DNA of 63,738 bases, filler included, from Reticulomyxa filosa (GCA_000512085.1; 17 parts of 17 records of this genome joined end to end with filler, not necessarily neighbours in it); one strand, 5' to 3'. Counted from the whole stretch's first letter, positions 1 to 13,707 are shown. Translations and numbers: made by a program. The notes: generated by a model not told the origin, from the sequence alone.

Positions 1-3000
1 CCGTCTTCGCTGGGATATAGTGTCTTAGCCACCTCCAATAAGCTCTCCCATTTTATCCCTCAGTCGACGACATGGCATTGTATGACCAAACAGACTCATT
101 CAGTCTTGACTGTGAAGTCAGCTTTCAATACAATTGCTACAGTTTCGACTTAATTTATTTATTTATTTTTTTTTTTGAGATTGATGTAAAATTAAATCAC
201 TTAATCCGTTATTACAATAAAATCTAGACTACAAAGTTCCGACGTTGTCGCCAACCAAGTCGCCCATTTCAGCAGCACCAACAAGTTAATTTCTGCAAAC
301 ATCGCTTTTTTTTTTTTTTTTTTTGCTTCACATTGTGTGAATATGTTGAAACAAATGAAGAAATAAAAGTATAAGTGTTATATATTGCAATGTGTGTTAT
401 TTGCAGGTGTAACAAAGGCACCCACAAACAAACCCACCAAACATCCAACACGAAGACCAACTCGCTTGCCCACAAAAGCGCCGACACGTGCCCCAACAAG
501 TTTTGTTTGAATACATATACATATATGTACATATATATGTGTGTACTGTATGTGTGCTATTTTGAAAGACTCATTCTTTACAAGGAACAACTTGGGGTTA
601 CTGTTGATGACATGTGTAATGTACCAGGCGCACCTGTGGACACGTGTGACGGTCTAACGGTAAGTGGGACAAATGACAAATTGTCTCAAAGATATCAAAG
701 ATATAAACTTGGCACGATTGGAGGGAAAAGCTATTGGAATGCAGTCATTGGTGACGCACAAATCTTTTACTCCACGTCTGTGTTACACAAGGCCTGGGTT
801 ATCAATTCCGTTTCACTCGGACACTACTGGAAGGCACGCAAGCAGGTCAATGTTCAGCCACCATTGAAGTCCGTCTGGGACAAATACGTCGGGACATCAC
901 CGTTTGCTGAATCTTTTGCCAACCTGACATTGACCTGCAACCGTTCGACAAACATTTTTTTTTATAATAATATATGCAAAATTTTTTTTTTTTTTTAGAA
1001 GGAACACATGCACACAAAATTCTGATTTTGTTGATCTCTCCGCTTCTTTGATTGTTTGATATCGATTACAAACAAAACAATAATAAAACATCATACCAAA
1101 AAAGAATATTGGTTCCCAACACCACATCCGACTCGACCGCCCACAAGACACCCAACACGACACCCATCGTTTCCTCCCACCAGACATCCCACCAGATCTC
1201 CGTCACGCCATCCGACTCGTCATCCTTCATGTAACGTTCCTTTTTATTTGTATTTTATACTTTTGATGTCGTTCAAATATATAAAAAAAAAAACAAAGAC
1301 ACAATATATATGTACATATGTATTTTTTTTTTTTTTTTACATTGAAAAATAGTCCCTCCTACTCGTCATCCAACTCGAAATCCAACCCGCCATCCAACCC
1401 GTCACCCGACTCGTCATCCAAGCAATGCCCCCACCGTTGCACCAAGTCAAGCCTCTCTAATCTCTGTGAATGTTTGATCAAAAACAAAATATAAAACAAA
1501 ACAAAAATATAAAAATATAAATAAACAAAGCCCGTGAGTACTGCAAATACTTAATTGTGAATGGACCCGAGGAGTTCCATGGCACGTATATAAAGATCGG
1601 CTACGATGCGCAAAACCGCAGCAAATGGGTGGAAATCGACGACAGCAAGAAGAACATAACCCACGTGGATAACTCGTGGGTGATGTTGGATATGAACAAG
1701 CCCTTGGGCACGAACAACTCGTACGTGCTGGTGTCGGCGGACTGGAGACCGCCAATCTACGCGTATTGGTATCAGCAATACTACGGCAGCGACAAGACAT
1801 GGCATAAAGGTGCGCAGTCGCTGTTCACCACAGACTGCGAAACGACCAAGCCTCCCTCCTCCTCGCCCACGAGACATCCAACAGCAGCGCCGACACGATC
1901 GCATTGCAACGGCCTGCATGTATCCAATCAAACGACCCTGCCAGCAAGCTCTTTCAGTTTCGTCGGTTGGTACCGAAAGCAGTCGTATTTGATCAACAAC
2001 AAGTGGTGGTGGCTCAACGACCAAGGTACCATTGCGGTCAAGTTTTATGATGACTATTGGTATTTGCAGCAGATCAGCACTGGCACAGACACAGACACAA
2101 CGCCCAATCGCTTATTCACCAATGTGTCAATAAACGATGACCGTCCGCCTGTCAGCGCCAACTGGACCTACGTCTCCAACTCGCAGTCTGTCGTGGAACT
2201 GTCCATGGCCTGCGATGGCACTGCACGACCTTCCATGGCGCCCACAAATGCGCCCACACAGCCACCTACCAAGAACACACCCCCTCTGTGGCCGACATGT
2301 CCACAGACTCCGTATTTCGCGTTCGGCAAGGACCAGTCGCTCATTGCCGTATATTGGGATGTGCCGCAGCCTGTCGATGACCAACCTGTAATCGTTCAGC
2401 TGTTCCGACGAGTATGGACCAGTGCATCCAGTGAAGGCAACTTGGAACCGGCCAGCGACGAACCTGGAGCCTTACTCACGCCCGGAAATCGTTATGACTT
2501 TGTGTACAGGGGCAATGACTCCATTGGAGGCGTCAGCGACTGCACCGTTGTCGTGTACGTCATGAATGTGGCTCCATATTCATCCTACCAGTACTGCGTA
2601 CAACAGTCGTTTTCCATCCATGTCGACATTAACCAAGATGAATTCAGTGTCATCGATATCAGCAAAATCAAGTACAAAACCGACGGCGGAGATGTCTCCG
2701 GAATTGTCCGGCTGCCCGAGTTGACCGACGACGAGCAATATTGCTACGCGCAAGCACACTTGCTAGGCCAGGTCTCGGACAAATCTTCGGTGGTGGAGAC
2801 GTCCAAATACTTGGGCTTGTCCGGTGCGACAGTGATGTGGGAAGTGTTTGCGTTGCTGCTCGTGTTATGTGTGGCCGGATTGTTTGCTGAAACTGCTCGA
2901 AGATGTGTCTATGACTATTGCAAGAAAGATAAAAAAGAGCTGGAACAAAGCTTGCTTCATAGCGTTGATGCCACTGGAGATGATCACAAAGCTATCATGG

Positions 3001-3947
3001 CTGGACTTGTGCCGGAACGTGTGATGCGCAAGGCCACCTTGCAGAGCACCAACACTACCACCTCTTCGCGTATTCGAGGAAAATCGGAAGGTGGTGCTGG
3101 TAGTAGTGGTGATAATGGTGGAGTTACTCTGGAATTGGCTATTTCCCAAGTCGCGAGTGAAACCAAGGAAGAGGAGAAAAAAGACTCCAAAGCGAATGAA
3201 AACTTTGACATTGCGAAAGTGCCTCCGTCCCCTCGTCGACCTTCCAAAGAAATCCCTGGAGCAGCGCCTGTGCCGGACAAAATCCCTGACACGGACGAAT
3301 TTTGGAGCCAAGAACTGGAGGATCTAGACTTGAAAGGCTTCCGAAACCGTCAGAAAAATCTCGAGTTTTTAGTACGATATGCCGTCAGAAAGCCAGACGG
3401 GTCCGTTGACAAAGCTGCCTCAAAACAGAAAGTCGAGGAGCAATTGGACAAAGTCATGGAAAAGAAAAAACAACAGCAAGAACAACAATATCAACCACCA
3501 CAACCGCCTCAACCACCACAACCACCGCAATTATCTCAGCCTCCACAACCACCGCAATTATCTCAACCTCCACAACCACCGCAATTATCTCAACCTCCTC
3601 AGCCTCCTCAACCACCACCTCTTCCATTTTCTGCGGCATCCAAACGTGACAACCTCTCGGAGGAGAAAACGAATGATGATACAATAGGAGTGGACAAGAA
3701 CGAAGGAGATCTTGAGATGCACGCACTTGTTATACCACCAATGGGACTTCCACCACCATCCCTCTCCGGTCAAGCTTACACAAGTGATAGCGAAGATGTA
3801 GAAGCGCCTGATCCTGAGGTTTGTAGATTTTTTTTGTCTTTTTACTAGCTGAACGCTCTGGACAATTGTATAACATTGATACATAATTTGTTTGATGTTT
3901 TATTATAGAAATTACAAGCTAAGAGACAATCCGAATTGAATCTCTAA
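1..3947 (+). CDS. Multi-exon type I membrane/adhesion-like protein, 5'-partial: repeated Cys-bracketed Trp-rich domains, PT-repeat linkers, HYR-like domain, TM, Pro/Gln-rich tail
   Basis: Manual splicing joins PT-repeat exons (PTRHPT) to ORF 1557..3818. A last intron 3819..3908 leads to KLQAKRQSELNL* ending at 3947. HYR-like pattern PTCP...VYWDVPQPVDD...PG...YDFVYRGNDSIGGVSDCTVVVYV; TM VMWEVFALLLVLCVAGLFA. Confidence 0.8.
3490..3618 (+). repeat. Coding tandem repeat (PPQ / PPQPPQLSQ) in the cytoplasmic tail
   Basis: Repeated caaccaccgcaattatctca units visible in the sequence. Confidence 0.9.
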
Positions 3948-4445
3948 AAGTCGGAACAACACGAGTGATTTCCCATTCCGTCATTATTGTGTTTACATCG
4001 TGTCAATGCACTGTAGTTGTTGCAACTGGTAGCATGTTTTTTTTTTTGTGTGTGAAAAGTGATTTGATTGGTTTTGACTGGATGGTGCCGCTTTTTTTTT
4101 TGATGGTTGTTCACTAAAACTGTAAATGTGTTTTCTTGAAAAATTATTCCACACATTCCTGGAGTCAATTATTGAACAGCCGGATTTACTTGTCTTGAGA
4201 AAACCAAAATTTATTCAAAAAATTTAAAAAAACAATAAAATCGAGGAAAATAAACAGCAAAAATACAAAAAAACATCAAAAATTACCAAAAAAAGCTATA
4301 AAAATTCACACACTGAACTACAGTAAAAATCATGAGCTCATGACCTACGTTGCTGTACAAACGCTAAGTATGAATAAAAAAATAAAATAAGAACAACAAC
4401 AAAAAAAAGTAAGAACAACAACTAAACAAAACAAAAATCGAATTC

Positions 4446-6034
4446 TCAGACTCCTTCTCCTGCTGGTGTTTGAGACACATTATTGATTTCATGTAGCAAA
4501 TCATTTTCCAACGCGTCGTTTATTGCCACGACATCTCTCAACAGATCACCAAGTTGATTTTCCTTGTTATCTACGACACTAATTGCTGATCGTCGTGCAC
4601 CTGTTTCAAAGTCTCCTTCTATTCCTTCTGTTCCTTCGATCAGTTCAACTGCAACTTTCGAGGGATTCGGTACCGGTGTTTTTCCATCCATGGAAGTCTG
4701 GCTTTTGTCAAACAATTCATGTTTGACCTTTGAATCTTGGGCCAGTTCTATCGTTCATCAAAAAAAGAGAAGAATTTGAATAATAAAAATATAAGACAAT
4801 AAAAAAGATTTTTCTTTTATTCTGCGTGTTGACCATATCATTTTTTTTTTAACCAAGCGCGGCCATTTTCCTTTTTTTTGTTCTTCGCAAATAGCAACAA
4901 TAGGCTAGCGAAATACCAGCACATCCAGCAAGGACAATCGTGACAAAAGAAATGGTGGCTAACACAATGATCGAATTCATCTCCGATGTTTTCGAACGGT
5001 TACTTTGCTTTTCACCTTTTTGTCCGGTTGTTGTCCAAGATAGGCTACGTAATGTTGGTGAGGATGTGGGTGCTAATGTGGTTGCCATAGGGGGAACAGA
5101 AACAGGTCGGTTTGTTGGCTGCTTGGTCGAAAGTTGTACCACAGGGGAAACTGTTGCCAATATTCAAAAAAAAAAATGTACATCATGTTATAGGTACGTG
5201 ATACACGTATACGTTTTTTTTATATACGTGTTTTTAGTGTTAACCAGTTGGTGCGATGGTCGGCGATGAAGTTGTTGGTGTTTTAGCCACAGAACGAGTA
5301 GGAGAGTTTGTCGGAAAATTGGTAGGTAAATTAGTAGGTAATTTAGTAGGCCAATTCGTAGGCAACTTGGTAGGTAACTTGGTCGGTAAGTAGGTAGGTA
5401 AAGTGGTAGGCAAGTTAGTTGGAGGTTTGGTCGGGATTTTGGTTGGTAAAGATGTCGGAAGAGTAGTTGGTATTTGTGTCGGAGAGTTGCTCGGTGTCGC
5501 AGTAAAACTTGCCGGTTGTCCTGGGTAGTCTGTCGGTTTGTGTGTAGGTCGTTGTGTTGGATGCTTCGTTGGAATGTTGGTCGGATTTGCGATTTTGGTC
5601 GGATTTTTGGTTGGACGTTTGGTCGGTTGCGCTGACGGCTTTTTCGTTGGGTTATGCGTGGGACTGGTTGTTGGAACTTGAGTATACGTACAGGTAATAT
5701 TTTTGTAAGTCGGGATAACAAGGATATAGTAAAGCTGTATACAGTGATGATTGGTCATTCGGCTCCATTTCAAATCAACCGCGGTAATAACGGAAACACA
5801 TTGTAAACGAACATTTGTTGCTCCTGCGGGTACATTAAAACGGCCAGTATCACCGGCAGAGAGAGTGACAGAAGTGGAAGAACTTTGAACTGTCGTTGTA
5901 CACACAGCACTTAAATCACTGTCCACGAATATTGTGTAATTGTGTGAGCCACTTTCGACAGGTAACGTCAGAATGCAAAGACAGAACGCTACCACCAGCA
6001 TGGAGAGGGACCAAGAATGAAAAACCGAAATCAT
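4446..6034 (-). CDS. Mucin-like PT-repeat type I membrane protein (signal peptide, small N-domain, PTxx repeats, TM, cytoplasmic tail)
   Basis: ORFs 5240..6091, 4849..5160 and 4446..4715 join through GT-AG introns (APT/VSPVV; MAAL/ELAQD). Hydrophobic N-terminus; TM IIVLATISFVTIVLAGCAGISLAYCCYL followed by a basic stop-transfer RRTKKRK. Confidence 0.8.
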
Positions 6035-6621
6035 AATGACAAATTTCTTTTCTCTGGGCCGCACAATTTCTTCTAAAACAAACCAAAACAACCTGGCAAA
6101 GTTTACCCCTTGAAGTTTTTTTGTTGGTACGTTCGAGAAAAAACCACAGCTGTACTGAAAATATCCTGAGAAGGAACTTACTGTTTTGCGGTTATCATAT
6201 TATTTTTCTAGTAATTAAACACATAATTATTGTTAAAGATTACACTGTAAATAAATATTGGAATAAAAAAATTAAGCTTGTATGCAAAATTGCAGTAATA
6301 ATTAAATTGTTAAATATTGCGAGTCTTTTGTTGTCAGTGTTCTATTCATTTAAGCACGCAAAATCGCAAATTAAAAAGTTTTGATAAAATTTATATTTTC
6401 TGGTATAACCTTTTTTTAACAATTACATAGAGTTTGTATTTGTTTGAAATCTAAACTAATCCAGTTCTACAATGCATGATCAACTAATGTAATATGTCGT
6501 CAATATGACGCCGACAAAACCAATTTTTTTTCGTTTCGGGCATTTTCCTAAACCATCTTGGCCACTTTTAAGGATTTGAGACTAGATTCAATTTTTTACG
6601 CAGGTGCTGAAAAACGTATTA

Positions 6622-6986
6622 ATGGATAAGTTAGAATTTTTCTTTTCTTTCTATTGTTCTAAAAAAAAAATTGGATTTACAGGATCGAACACTCGAACAA
6701 CAATCTGGATCAAATTGAGAGAACAACAGGCAGTGATGTTACTTTTAATATTTTTTTCAATAACTCTGTTTCGTTTTCGGAATTAATTCAACTTCCATCC
6801 AAAGAAGAGTTGCAAAAACAAAATGGACAAATGTCTTTCTTGGAAAACTCTTGTCATTATAAAAACAATATCGATTTTTCGTTATTGACACAGTTTTTGT
6901 TACCAACCGAAGTTGTAACATCAGAAAAAGATGATGAGTGGACATTCAAAGATATCATGTTTGAGTTACAAGCAAGTGCACCATAG
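6622..6986 (+). CDS. IFT43: IFT43-like intraflagellar transport protein (not in the ORF track)
   Basis: ATG GAT AA, intron 6630..6681, then an open frame ending ...LPSKEELQ...NIDFSLLTQFLLPTEVVTSEKDDEWTFKDIMFELQASAP*. This matches the IFT43 C-terminal pattern (IDLxLLTxxLxPxxxV..EDxxWxxxxLFxE) as recalled; no search was run. Confidence 0.6.
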
Positions 6987-7173
6987 AGCCTTATTTACAA
7001 TGCTCAGTGCAAATGAATAAAACTTTTTTAAAAACTGCCACTCTTTTGAAAAGTCATGTCAAATTTTGCGATAAGAAAAATTTTAAACTACCCAAAAAAA
7101 ACACATAAAGGTCATAATAACAATAATCAATAATAATAATAAATTTGTCCTGGGAATGCTCTGAAAAGTAAAG

Positions 7174-8549
7174 ATGTCCAAGCCTAAGTCTAGTTTTTCT
7201 CGACATCGAGTTAAAAAAAGGAAGATATCAAACCGCAAAAAACTGGGAGAAACCTCAGACTCAGAGGGAAAAAAGATAGAACTGAAAACTGGAAGGCTTG
7301 TAGCAACGGAAACAAGCCTTAAATCTGGTTCTTTACGCAGTAAAATCAGCTTTCTCAACCTTAAACATGTAAACAAAAAGAGAAGAAGAATAAAGAGGGA
7401 AAGAAGGGAAAACGTTTATTATTTCTTTTTAAAAGCAATGACACAAAAAAAAAATGACAACACACAATAATCGGATCTTTTTTTTTTGCTTCACAGTTGA
7501 AAATGAATGAGTTTTTAGAAGATGCTCGTCTGTTATGTGAAAACCCAGAATCCTTTAGCAAAAAATCTCCGAAATATACGGGTTCATGTGATCGAGAAGT
7601 AATATATTTGTATCAAAAAATCCTCACAGCTCAAGAGGCTCTAAAACGAGATGAAGTGCCAAAAAGTTTGATGGATGCAACAGACTATCTCTTTTTGGCA
7701 GATACCTACCGCAGATTAGAACAGTACGATTCTGCCCATAAATATTTGAACATATGCGACACGATGATGAACGAAGGCCATTATTATTGGCATTATTTAT
7801 TTTATGTCAAAGGTATTGTAATCAATTTCACCACGTCGTTACTGTCTTGAAAGAAGGAAAGAGGAGGGAAGGGGAAGAAAAAAAGAGCTACTCAAAATGA
7901 CTACAAAAAAAAAAAGATGTGTGTACATATATAACGTATTATTTATAAAAAATATCAATAAAAAAAATATGTTGTAGCTAAAATGGTAGAATACAGTGGT
8001 AAATCACTAGATGAGATATCGCGGGTGACGTTAATGAATAGCTACTTTGGAAAATATATGGAGTTGTTTGACTCCAAACTTAGTACCAGTTACATGTCCG
8101 CGAAGGCACTCCAAATCTTTTTGAATGAGGTATTGGAATTTGGACGGTACTTTGCGACGAAGGATCGCTTGCTGTCGCACAAATACTACCAAGTATTTTT
8201 GAAACATAGTTCCGACATTTGGGGTGTGCGATTGGAATTTGCAATTATCCTGTCCAATGATTTGTCACGTCTCGAAGAAGCGATGCAACAAATCAACCAA
8301 ACATTGAAAGATTTTGACAAAAGCATGCTGAACAATAGGACTCACTCCACTTCCTATCAACACGATATACAGCACATCTTGCTCACAAAAATGATCATTT
8401 TAACACGAATTAACAAATATACGTGGTATTCTCAGCGCTATGTTTGTGAAAAAATTCGTGTTTTGCAGCGTGCCAAACAAGAGGCTTTCTTGTGCAACCA
8501 AGTCTTCCAAAAACATCCATCCACAAAATATTTATTACAAAACTTGTAA
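7174..8549 (+). CDS. TPR-like helical repeat protein with basic N-terminus, 3 exons
   Basis: ORFs 7174, 7497 and 7983 join through GT-AG introns (KH/LKMN; VK/AKMVE). TPR-like segment DYLFLADTYRRLEQYDSAHKYL. Confidence 0.6.
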
Positions 8550-8957
8550 ACAAGAAAAAAAAATAGGTTTTTTTTTCTAACTTTTTGATCTATGTCAAAT
8601 TTGTCACTTTGAATCAAAACTTTCAAATATAACTTACACCTTCTGCATATTTAAAATTTCATCAGGTTAAAAAAAGATTGCTTTTTTTTTAAGCAATTGA
8701 CAAAAAATATATCATTAAGTACTTTTTTTCTTAAAAAAAAGGTGACACTAGCTCCAAAAAATGGACGACAATCCCGGAAACAACGATTGTTAGTAGAAGA
8801 GAAGAATGTTAGGAAGATATATCTTTATTAGCGCACTATAAATGAATAAGAAAAAGAGCATGGATCAATATTCGTAACAACAGCAATAAAAAATCATTTC
8901 AAATTGTTCTTTTTTTTTTTTAATAACTAATAATCTTTTTTTAAAAAAAGTGCATGT

Positions 8958-10039
8958 TCAAGTACTTGCAGCAACAGTGGTGGTGAGATATTGAAATAAT
9001 TTGGCGGAACAATTTCCAAACAAACAATCGAAAACTTTGTGTCCGAAAGTGAAGCTACAGCAAATGAGGATACCATTGAAAATGGTATCGATAGCCAGGA
9101 ATTGTTCGTACCCAACCGTGGAGGCCAATGTAAATGAGATGATGGTGCTGAGGATACTGGTGAAAGCAATAATACCTGACTTGCACGCATGCTCCAAAAG
9201 TGGCTTCGCTTCAACAGCGACCTCTGTTCGTCGTTGCTGCCCTTTTTCCACTGCACTCAGATGTTGATGATCCAAATTCACATTTTGTTGCACTAATCTC
9301 ACTGTTGCCAGAATACGTGATACGTACATATATGCGATCACCCCATTTAGTCCGCAAGCAAGAATCGTTCCAGTCACTGTAAGCACTGCACCTGCAATGG
9401 CTTCTCGGTGGCAAAAATAAAAATTATTGTCATTTTTTGCATTCGCAAACAGAAATTTCACATCAAAGTCTGAACTTACTCCAATGATCACACAATTACT
9501 CAATGCAGCAAGCCATATCGATACGCAGAAGACCAGAAAGAGAGAAAACCCTAATGATGCAAGGATAAAATAAAATACGTAATTTGATATTTGAAGTGAT
9601 GAGTCTTTGAACACAATTGCTTTTTTGTTTGTTTGTTGCCAAAAGTAAGAAAAAGAAAAAAGTTCATTACGTATACGTCGTAGCAAAGAGAGAAAAAATG
9701 TATATATATGCGTACATATTTTTTTGGAAGTAGTGATGTACCTAATCTGTAAAGCCAAAATAAAATATTAATCCCGTACACAACTAATACATTGAGCCCA
9801 AATAAAAAATACATCAAATGACAGTACCATCCGTACCTCGTTGTCCACTGTGCTTCTCCCCAAGTGTGGTGAGTAAATTCGTCAAATATTAATACAAACG
9901 AAGCGGCATGGTAGCCCAGTGTCAACCAACGCAAATAGGGACTTATCTCTTTGTTATCAGCACTCACTACCATATACTTACTTACGTAGATCAGTATTGA
10001 CATCTGCACAATTAGGAACGAAAAATCAAGTACTGACAT
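8958..10039 (-). CDS. Orphan 7-TM (GPCR-like) protein, 2 exons
   Basis: Intron 9620..9741 gives WLYRL/AIVFKDSS. About seven hydrophobic segments; C-terminal AIDTIFNGILICCSFTFGHKVFDCLFG. Start codon uncertain. Confidence 0.7.
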
Positions 10040-11487
10040 TGTTCCAATTGGTGCGTGTATAGCCGGTTGTTTGCATATTTGCGTTGGCATGGCAGATACA
10101 AACGAGTCGGCACACGAGATAGGCACCAAAACTAAGTATTATTTAACCTTATTTTTTCAAACGCAAACTACACTTTTTTTGTTTCTGTCCCTTTGTTTGA
10201 TCGGCGGTACTACAAATGTTGAACAATCAAATTAATTAACAATGTTAAAAACTAAATGTTGTTTGACAACAAATGAAATTAACAGCCGAATTTTTCACTC
10301 TCACAAGCCTGAACGTTATAGAGTCATATTTTTATTCTATTTCTTTTAAGATATCAATAGTTCAATCATGATTTTCAACAAATGAGTTGTATACATCATA
10401 ATACTATATTTAGTTAATGGGTGACCACGAATATTTTAAAGTTACTTTATCACCAGTATTTATTTGCTTTTAACATAAATGAATAAAACTATGTATGTGA
10501 CAATTTATATGCAAAAATAGCTATCTGCAGTTAATGCAAAAGAAAGTTGACACATAAAACGGCAGCTTATAAGATTATTGATTTTCTTCATGAAGAAACA
10601 ACATTAAGACATAATTTTTTTTTTTGAAAAATATCTACTAATAGTGTAGTTTTTAAATATAATATTTATTTTTTATTAAATCTTTACTAATTGTTAAAAA
10701 TTTAAATATTTTATTGATTTTTGAAAATTTTCGGGAAAAAGGTTAACAATATTGACTTTATCGTAACTACGAATTTGCCAACTTTTTTTAAAACATTTTT
10801 AAAAATGTTCAGTTAGTAGATATTTAAAAAAAAAAATTATGCCTAGATGTTGCTTCTTCATTAGACAATCAGCTATCTATATAATATGTCATTTTAGGTG
10901 TCAACTTTTTTTGAATTATACTGTATATAATATTGTACTAATATTGTTCAATAACATATATTTTTATTTTATAATTTATATATTTTGATTTAATAAACTA
11001 CTTGCAAATAGATAATATCGTAAAAGTATTGATATCCTGCTAATTGATCAAGTTACGGTATAAAACAAATATAAACTAGAAAATTTTTATTCTGATTGAA
11101 ATGACTTGTGTCTTGACTGACTAATGTAAAAATCACTTTGTATAATTTCATTCTAAATAGTGTCATCATTTTCATATGAAGTTCTTGATCGACTTGTAGT
11201 ATAAAAGCATTACTTAATATAGTATGTTGCCAAATCATGTTAACGTATAACTTTATTTTATATATAATCAGTCATTTACAAAAGTAAAAAAAGTAAGCTC
11301 TTTTTGTTCTGTCAATTTCTGATAACTGATTCTTAAATTTTGACTTTGTTTGATTTTACTTTTTTCTTTTGAAATTATCTTTATTGAAACATATTTTCTT
11401 TATAATATTGTGAGACTGTATTCACGCAACTTTCCTTAAAAAAACTTCAAAAACAAACGTCGAGAGGTAAACCCCTTGTTTGTAATC

Positions 11488-12159
11488 ATGTCTCTGCTTC
11501 ACAATTTTGCTGATGGTATGTTGCCCAAATATTTTTCTGCAACAGTCCAATAAATTCTCGTACATTGAACAGAAAAAGAATGGGACGAGTTGCATACAGT
11601 GTGTTCAACAATGCAACGCCGTGAAGCCCGAACGCGTGAAATAGATGTGGACCCAACAGCTGTCAAGTTTGGGTGTTTTTTCCTCATGGTGTGTGAAATA
11701 ACAACTACTTGTGTCCATCACCTCTGCAGTATCAGCACATCAATTTTTGTAATTTGTTGTTGTTGATGGATCAAGATAACATCAGCAGTGTTGACATTCC
11801 TTGGCCGTGGAATATTTGGTTTGGTTCAAGGTATATTAGGGATAATATTTGGAATTGAAGGGTGCTATGCAGCAATGGAATTTTCATTAAAAAAAATTGG
11901 GAGATTGATATTGTTCATGGTTTTTTCCACAATTGCATGCATAGTACTTGGTTTGTATTCGCGAGAAACCATTGATAGCTATTGTACCGATGCCTCAAGC
12001 CAAAAAGCTTGCACTGACGAAGTCACTTGGTGGACCTATTTGTATCTTACTATGGGCACTTTCTTCAATTTTATATTGGTCATTATCTTTGGAAGATTCT
12101 ATTGGAAAGTTTCTCAGACACAATCTAGTCGTGTTCGCACTGGAGATATACTTGATTGA
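11488..12159 (+). CDS. Small four-TM membrane protein, 3 exons
   Basis: MSLLHNFAD/EKEWDELH...FGCFFLM/ITSAVLTFLGRG... joins ORF 11788..12159. Four hydrophobic stretches with a Cys pair (YCTD..KACTD) in the last loop. Confidence 0.6.
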
Positions 12160-13113
12160 TCAATTAAAAACAGCTTTTTTTTCAAGGGAGGGAAAAGGGG
12201 CTTGAACGCTTTTTAAAAAATTGTTTTTAGCGTTTTTTTTCTCCAAACTTGTGTTGCCCCCTGTTATAGCAACTCATATTAGAATATACTTTTTTGAGCT
12301 GAAAGACATTTCATTTGAATATGAACTTTGCCTGTAAATTGTTTGTTTGTTTCACGAGGTTCGAACAAATTATATTTTGATTTGTTTTAATATTCTTTCG
12401 ATTGTCGATGTCCCGAAAGAACCCAAAAAATATTTAATTGTGATTAAAATTACAATGAATATAACTACAAGAAAATGATTTTCTATGTAAAAATCGACGT
12501 TTTAAAATTTCTTTTAAACATATAGCAATTTCAAGTGTACAAATAAATTTCTTTTTTTTTACTACAATTTTTAAAATTGTAAAAAATAATGAAGATTGTC
12601 AATATCTTTTTTTTGTCATACATAAAACAACTTATTCATGCACATTGCTTTAATCAATTTTTTGTTAATTATGCTATGTTTTGTATAGTTATCTTGCAAG
12701 ATAACATTTTTTTGTTTATCACATCATTCCCTGATTATATAGAATGCAATGTGCATGTTAGCGCTAAACTTGCGAAACCAGTTTGTCCGCCTTATCCAAA
12801 AAGGATGTAACACGCTAAAAAAACTAAAACAAATTGTAAAATACTGGTTTACACTTATCATAAACACAATTTAATGGGTTAAGACGAACAATAATCAATT
12901 TAACAAAAACTTAAAAAAGATATATAAGATCAAAAGGTATAAGATTTCTCATAACTGTGATTACCACAATTTGAGCTAGTATATGATTTATCTGCATGTC
13001 TTCATCTTCTGTGGTCTCATTTAACTACCTTTTGCGCTCCTAAGTCATGAAAACTTTAAAAGAATTCGAAAATAAAAAATTAATTTAAATTAAACTAAAA
13101 AAAGATAATACAA

Positions 13114-13330
13114 TGTAGGGCAAGTCCCTATTATACAATTTCAAGTACTAATGGAACGGTGGGACCCCCAGTGGGTTAAAACCCTCTTCGCAACACAGCT
13201 TACTTTTATGTTTTCTTTACTTGTTTTTTGTGTTGAAATTATTTTTGTTAATTTAATTTCCTTTTACTAAAGTTGCTTTTTGGAACTAAGTTCCTTTCAT
13301 ATTACACTTAGTCGTCCCACTGTTCCTACA
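13114..13330. mobile_element. Solo-LTR-like element, copy 1, with 4-bp target-site duplication ACAA
   Basis: Starts TGTAGG and ends CCTACA (TG...CA inverted termini), flanked by acaa/acaa. Highly similar second copy at 36435..36639. Confidence 0.8.
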
Positions 13331-13707
13331 ACAATTGTGTTTTTTTTTTGTTAATAACCTGATCATAAGATTTTCATCAAAAATTGATATAACTGACTGA
13401 AAATCGTTCGCTAATCAATCGAAATTTTGTATTTCATAATAATATCAACTGACTCATGTTAAACTAAAAAAGGTGAAATAAAAAGTTATTTCAAAAAAAT
13501 AAAAATTGATAAAGAAAATAGAGAATGCACACAATGTGTTAATTTCTTGTATCATGGCGCTTGTCAAAGTTACTGTATGATGACTTGAAGGATCAAATTA
13601 AATTCGGTTGTGCAATAGCAAGGACTAATTAGTAAACTATTCAAAGAAAACTGGTAAGAGAAAAAAAGGAAATTTTCATGCCAAAAAAGAAGGCTAGCTT
13701 GTATTGA

